A stretch of DNA of 64,000 nucleotides from Paracoccaceae bacterium (GTDB taxonomy: Bacteria; Pseudomonadota; Alphaproteobacteria; Rhodobacterales; Rhodobacteraceae): the NCBI GenBank assembly GCA_963664715.2, contig CAXXUY010000011.1:410351-474350 (forward strand). Direction: 5' to 3'. Numbering within the stretch: position 1 is the first letter of the stretch; every line of letters begins with the position of its first letter. Under the pieces are notes generated by a model. It had not been told where the DNA came from. It saw only the letters and a program-made list of their open reading frames with translations, and ran no database searches. This document shows, in pieces, positions 59,213-64,000 of this stretch. A program made the position numbers and the translations under genes.

Positions 59213-60077
59213 GATACCGTCATTTTTCGTAGAAATATGACGACATATTGTCATTAGCGGGTCGGCGTGGTGGAACGTGACCATGTCGCCGGTCTGCACT
59301 ACCAAATGCGGAACAAGCCCCATCAGGCCAACCGCGTGCTCGACATCGCTGTAGTGGCTCGGACTATTCAGTCATGAACCGGGCGGTTTTTCCCACCTTC
59401 TTCACGAGTGTTGTTTCTGTCTGATCAGGTACAATCCGGGACAGCGCTTCTTTCCCGAGCAGGCATTTTCAAGTCGCGACCCTGCCCAGTTGGAATCATA
59501 TCAAGCAGCGTTTCGGCGTGGGCCGGATGCGGTCCGGATGCCTGCAGTTTCCTGCCGGTTCGACTGGCTGGCTGCACGCCGCCGATTGCCTGAATGACGC
59601 GAACCACATTCCCTGCCTTGACTGCCAGGTCATGACACTCTGAAGCAGTTATGCTCAGAATTCACAGCAAGGTATGATTTAACATTCGTCAAGTTATGGA
59701 TCAGGACACCGGAAGATCCCTCACCACCAAAAAAACGGATAGACAGCCGATTGACTCTTCCAGGAGACCTGCCCGCTTGGTCCTCACCTGAATCCCGATT
59801 TGTCCGTACGGTCCCTGGGCCTATGGCGGATTGGTCGCGGCAAGTCTTCAAGAAAGAGTGGCCGCGCCAATCGAATTGGTTCCGAGGAACCGACCCTCTT
59901 CGTCGCCCCTGCCGTGCACAGGCCGGGCAGATCGCCGGCAAGGGCTATTGGATTGTTATCAGTCTTCCTAATGGCATGACCTTGAATCTATTGCTTGACA
60001 GGATTCACTGGGCCTGCAAGCATTGTCGAGGTCCTTGTCGGAGGCACATCGTGCTGCAGCCAGCGAAGAGCCCGAAC

Positions 60078-60806
60078 GTGACTCATTGGAACGAACGTGT
60101 TGACCTGGCAGCAGCATTCCGCTGGACCGCCCGGCTGAACATGCATGAAGCCGTAGCGAACCATTTCAGCCTTTCCGTCAACGAGGACGGTACCCGGTTC
60201 CTGATGAACCCCAACCAGCGGCATTTTAGCAGGATCAAGGCATCCGACCTTCTGCTCCTCGACGCAAACGATCCTTCGACCATGGACAACCCCAACGCAC
60301 CCGATCCGACTGCATGGGGACTGCATGGCTCGATCCACCGGTTCTGTCCGCATGCGCGCTGCGCCATGCATGTGCATTCAATCCACGCCACCGTGCTGGC
60401 ATGCCTTGCCGACAGCACCTTGCCACCTATCGACCAGAACACGGCGACATTTTACGGCCGCCATGTGGTCGACCAGGAATTCGGCGGACTTGCCTTCGAG
60501 AGAGAAGGAGAGCGATGCGCCGCGCTGCTGTCAAACCCGTTGGTCAAGGTGATGGTCATGGTCAATCACGGCTTGCTGGTGATTGGCGACACGGTGGCAG
60601 ACACTTTCAACCGGCTCTATCACTTCGAACGCGCTGCCGAAACATATGTCCGAGCCCTGCAGACCGGATCACCACTCAAGGTCATGCCGAACGAGACTGC
60701 AGAACGTACTGCACGGGATCTCGAAAACTATCCCGGACAGGCAGAGCGCCATCTCGCTGAACTCAAGGAAATTCTTGACCAGGAAAATTCCGACTACGCG
60801 AATTGA
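60078..60806 (+). CDS. class II aldolase/adducin-domain protein
   Basis: ERVDLAAAFRWTARLNMHEAVANHFS, AWGLHGSIH, HVHS..ATVLA and VNHGLLVIGDTVADTF are the usual class II aldolase blocks. The GTG at 60078 gives the usual length of about 240 aa; the track start at 59751 adds 109 non-homologous codons. Confidence 0.75.
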   Translation: MTHWNERVDLAAAFRWTARLNMHEAVANHFSLSVNEDGTRFLMNPNQRHFSRIKASDLLLLDANDPSTMDNPNAPDPTAWGLHGSIHRFCPHARCAMHVHSIHATVLACLADSTLPPIDQNTATFYGRHVVDQEFGGLAFEREGERCAALLSNPLVKVMVMVNHGLLVIGDTVADTFNRLYHFERAAETYVRALQTGSPLKVMPNETAERTARDLENYPGQAERHLAELKEILDQENSDYAN

Positions 60807-60809
60807 ACC

Positions 60810-61838
60810 ATGCCCGACCATGTCCCCACAAACGCAGCATCCTCCGGCATCAAACTCGACAGGAAGAGGCTCAAGGCGATCGCCGCCCGTTCAGACCTAC
60901 CCGGGCTGATCTATCTGGCTCAGTGGGCGGCAGCACTTGCCCTGAGTGGTGCGTTTGTCTGGATCACCATCGGAACTGCATGGGCCTGGCCAGCAATGTT
61001 CGTGTACGGAATCGTGCTGACCGTACCCAGTTACTCGATCAGCCATGAAACAGCTCACGGCACTGCCTTCCGTAAACTTTGGCTGAACGAGGCCATATTG
61101 TGGCTAACTTCTCTGATTTACATGGAGGAGCCACTGCATCGCCGCTATACCCACACCAACCACCACACCCACACTTGGCATGTCGGCAAGGACAGCCAGA
61201 TGCCCTTCGACACGCCCATGGATATCGGCGGTTGGCTGACCGAGGTTACGGGAATCGGCCTGTTGCGTTTTCACCTTTTGGCATTCTGGCGTCTCGCGAC
61301 CGGCCGCTACACAGATACGATGCGCATGGTCACGCCAGTTGGTGAATTCCCCAGGATGACACGAAACGCCCGAATCATGCTGGCCATCTATACACTGATT
61401 GCCGCTGCACCATTTGTTGGCATCTGGTGGCCGATCTGGTTCCTCGTCATTCCGCGAATCCTGGGGGCGCCGGTCATGCTGCTCTTTGCGCTGATCCAGC
61501 ACGTGGAGCTTCAGGAGAATTCACCCTCCATCATAGAGAGTACCAGGTCGTTCCGGACCAGTTGGCTCGGACGCTTTCTCTACATGAACATGAACAACCA
61601 TGTCGAACACCACCTGTATCCGCAGGTGCCGTTCCACGCGCTGCCCAGGCTTGCGGAAGCTGTAAAGGACCAGGTGCCTGAACCTGACCCCGGCTTTCTG
61701 CGCACGAACTGGGAGGTTTTCATCGTGGTGCTAAGCCGCTCGCTCGGCTGGTCAACCAGGGCTGCAAGCATTCGCCAGGCACCTCACATGATCACAACAG
61801 CCGGCCATGTCCAGCGCATAGCCCACAGAACGATGTGA
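60810..61838 (+). CDS. membrane fatty-acid desaturase family protein
   Basis: Three His boxes (HETAHG; HRRYTHTNHHTHT; HVEHHLYPQVPFH) and TM helices. Confidence 0.85.
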   Translation: MPDHVPTNAASSGIKLDRKRLKAIAARSDLPGLIYLAQWAAALALSGAFVWITIGTAWAWPAMFVYGIVLTVPSYSISHETAHGTAFRKLWLNEAILWLTSLIYMEEPLHRRYTHTNHHTHTWHVGKDSQMPFDTPMDIGGWLTEVTGIGLLRFHLLAFWRLATGRYTDTMRMVTPVGEFPRMTRNARIMLAIYTLIAAAPFVGIWWPIWFLVIPRILGAPVMLLFALIQHVELQENSPSIIESTRSFRTSWLGRFLYMNMNNHVEHHLYPQVPFHALPRLAEAVKDQVPEPDPGFLRTNWEVFIVVLSRSLGWSTRAASIRQAPHMITTAGHVQRIAHRTM

Positions 61839-62009
61839 GATGGAGAGTGCGATCTTGTGGTTTGCCGTGCCAACTCCGGGAACACTCTGTCCGGCCTTCA
61901 GGCGACCTGCCTTGGCAAGTCGGCATTCCTGGAAGCCAGGCACCGAGCCAATGCTTCCGGTTCGCATGTCCATCCGCCGCCCGGACTCGGAAGCGGGAGA
62001 CTTCCATAC

Positions 62010-62858
62010 ATGAAGCGCATTTACGACTTCAGCCGCAAACCTGCCCGACGAAATTACACGATTTCGGACCTGCAGGCCCTGAAGGAGTCAGGGCACAAGC
62101 TCAGCATGACGAATCCGGCAGACAACAACGAGGTGTTGGCCTGCCTGGAGGCCGGGATAGACCTCTTCGTCGTCGGGGCCGACCAGATCGAGGACGTCCG
62201 GCGCACGGCGCCCCACCACTTCACGGGTGTGGGTTCAACCTGGGCACAGTTCGACTCCAACGAGGAACTCCTGGCCCATGCGTTCGAAGCCATGCGCAAG
62301 GGTGCGGACATGTACTACACACTGCGCTCCCTTGAAGCGATGGAAATGATGGCCAGGGAAGGCATCCCCGTCCAGAGCCACATTGGACTGATTCCGACAT
62401 TCAGCCACTACTGTGGCGGCTTGCGAGGTTGGGGTCGCAAGGCAGATGAAGCGCTGAAGATCTTCGCAACACTCAAACGGATGGAAGATGCAGGCGTTTT
62501 CGCAGTCGAAGCGGAATGCATCGCCGAAGAAGTGCTGGAAGCGGTGAATGGCAAGACCTCGATCGTGACCTTTTCACTCGGCTCGGGAATGGCCGGAGAC
62601 GTGATTTTTTCTTTCGCGGCCGACATTTGCGGCGAGGCAAGCGAAGAAGAGAATCTGCCAAAGCACGCTCATTCCTTCGGAAATGTGGGCCGATTGCACA
62701 GGCAGGTTCACGAGGAACGTGTCACTGCGCTCGGAAAATTCCATTCCGAGGTTGCAGCCGGGAAATTCCCCTATCCGGAGACCAGCATCAGCATGCACCC
62801 GGGCGAGAAAGAAAGGTTCCGCGAAGCCCTGGACAAATGGAACCCAACACATCGATGA
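62010..62858 (+). CDS. PanB-like (3-methyl-2-oxobutanoate hydroxymethyltransferase family) protein, divergent
   Basis: The overall pattern is collinear with PanB (ISDLQALKESGHKLSMTN; GIPVQSHIGLIPTF..GGLRGWGR..EA; FAVEAECIAEEV; IVTFSLGSGMAGDV). The usual LVGDS is replaced by VVGAD. I prefer the start MKRIYDF at 62010. Confidence 0.65.
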   Translation: MKRIYDFSRKPARRNYTISDLQALKESGHKLSMTNPADNNEVLACLEAGIDLFVVGADQIEDVRRTAPHHFTGVGSTWAQFDSNEELLAHAFEAMRKGADMYYTLRSLEAMEMMAREGIPVQSHIGLIPTFSHYCGGLRGWGRKADEALKIFATLKRMEDAGVFAVEAECIAEEVLEAVNGKTSIVTFSLGSGMAGDVIFSFAADICGEASEEENLPKHAHSFGNVGRLHRQVHEERVTALGKFHSEVAAGKFPYPETSISMHPGEKERFREALDKWNPTHR

Positions 62859-64000
62859 ATGATGCAAGCGACTATTCGCTTTCCTTTTCACCCAGGCCGC
62901 AGCCACTGACACTGGAGCAGGCAGCCTGGATAACACCGCCGGTGCAGTCGGTGGATACCGAGGGCATTATCGATGTTCCACGGCTTCGCCGTTATCGCCG
63001 GAACCGGTTGCGCGAACAGGTCGTTGAACAGGGTTTTGACGCCATCATCCTGATCGAACCGCTATCCATTCGCTACGCTGTTGGCGTGCGCAACTGCACG
63101 CTGTTCCAGATGCACATACAGGCCGGTTATCTATTCGTGCCGGCAGAGGGTCCCGTCATCTACTTCGACAGTGAACCGGGGCGGGCCACCGGAAGCCAGT
63201 TTGAGACCATCGATGAAATCCGCGAGGACATGCTACCGCTCAGCTTCATGTTTGCCGGGCCCCGGCACCTGGAATGGACGGACCGCTGGGCCAGGCAGAT
63301 GGATGACCTGATCCGAACCCATTGTGGTCCGGGAAGAAGGCGGATTGCCATCGAACGCCCGGGACTTCATGCCGGGCAAGCACTGGCTGGCATTGGGCAC
63401 GAGCTGGCAGATGCTGCTCCCGTTCTGGCCATGGCCCGGAAAATCAAGTCGCCAGAAGAGGTCCTGGCCATGAATCTCTCGATTGCCGTCGCAGAGGATG
63501 GAATGACCCGTATTCGAGAGGCCCTTCGCAACGGAATTTTGGAGCAGGAGCTCTGGGCCCTGATGTGGTCAGCCGTGATCGAAGGTGGTGGGGAGTGGCT
63601 GGATTACCGCCTGCTGGCTTCGGGCGAGCGAACCAATCCCTGGCAACGGGAGGCCTCGAGCCGCATCATCCGGGCCGGTGACCTTGTCGTGTTCGATTGC
63701 GGAATGGTCGGGCCCTTCAGCTATGGCGCAGACATCAGCCGCGCCTTCCGCTGTGGACCGGGACGGCCGACGGATTACCAGAAGAAACTCTATACGATCG
63801 CTCACACCGAAGTGATGGAAAACACCAATCTCGTAAAGGCCGGCGCCTCGTTTTCCGAGATGGCACTGGCGCGCTACCTTCCACCCGAGGGATTTGGCGA
63901 CCAGCTTTATCCATGCATGGTGCATGGCGTCGGCATGGCGGATGAATGGCCGGTGGTGCTGCATTCGCCGGACCACGCGGAATTCTACGACGGCGAACTC
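62855..64000 (+). CDS. M24-family metallopeptidase-fold protein, DddP/creatinase-like (3' end runs off the window)
   Basis: Not in the ORF track because it has no stop in the window. The ATG at 62855 overlaps the upstream stop (ATGA). It has a creatinase-like N-domain (FDAIILIEPLSIRYAVG) and pita-bread blocks GGEWLDYRLLASGERTNPW, VVFDCGMVGPFSYGADISRAF and CMVHGVGMADEWP. These parallel my recollection of DddP but keep the canonical D-x-G...D metal ligands. Confidence 0.8.
   Translation, partial: MNDASDYSLSFSPRPQPLTLEQAAWITPPVQSVDTEGIIDVPRLRRYRRNRLREQVVEQGFDAIILIEPLSIRYAVGVRNCTLFQMHIQAGYLFVPAEGPVIYFDSEPGRATGSQFETIDEIREDMLPLSFMFAGPRHLEWTDRWARQMDDLIRTHCGPGRRRIAIERPGLHAGQALAGIGHELADAAPVLAMARKIKSPEEVLAMNLSIAVAEDGMTRIREALRNGILEQELWALMWSAVIEGGGEWLDYRLLASGERTNPWQREASSRIIRAGDLVVFDCGMVGPFSYGADISRAFRCGPGRPTDYQKKLYTIAHTEVMENTNLVKAGASFSEMALARYLPPEGFGDQLYPCMVHGVGMADEWPVVLHSPDHAEFYDGEL

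Noticed and set aside
59425-59607. A 60-aa minus-strand ORF (…VRVIQAIGGVQPAS…HPAHAETLLDMIPTGQGRD), with a faint resemblance to a Fic-type HPF.DGNGR motif.
   Set aside because: The motif does not actually match. There is no RBS and no supporting context. It is probably non-coding debris at the edge of the mobile patch.

Overview
This window looks like a chromosomal segment of an alphaproteobacterium, probably marine. That call is inferred from gene content and order: ribA, lolA-ftsK, Trm112/LON-domain/thioredoxin, DUF2794, asd, xthA, ggt, a Liv-type ABC operon, a Tmm-like flavin monooxygenase and a DddP-like M24 protein. The conserved backbone is interrupted twice. (1) A mosaic accessory island of about 17.5 kb (about 18.1-35.6 kb) starts with a decayed tyrosine-integrase remnant. 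It contains a Sel1-repeat protein and a visibly very GC-rich block (about 20.6-30.85 kb). That block carries a single-polypeptide GAF-PAS-HisKA-HATPase-REC-wHTH two-component protein, a highly repetitive autotransporter of about 1280 aa, IS66/IS21 debris, and a 5721-bp-offset segmental duplication ending in a truncated second autotransporter barrel. A low-GC block follows, with a membrane pentapeptide-repeat protein, an MNT/HepT toxin-antitoxin pair, a stand-alone GIY-YIG domain and IS66-like debris. (2) A patch of about 4 kb (55.4-59.3 kb) holds recombinase fragments and a DUF4143 AAA ATPase split by an intact IS1380-family element with a 4-bp CTAG target duplication. The most interesting unexplained signal is a conserved leader/promoter module of about 475 nt. 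It occurs twice, upstream of the autotransporter and upstream of the Sel1 gene, and flanks the fused two-component gene. No rRNA, tRNA or CRISPR array was found. All calls rest on reading motifs by eye; no searches were run.
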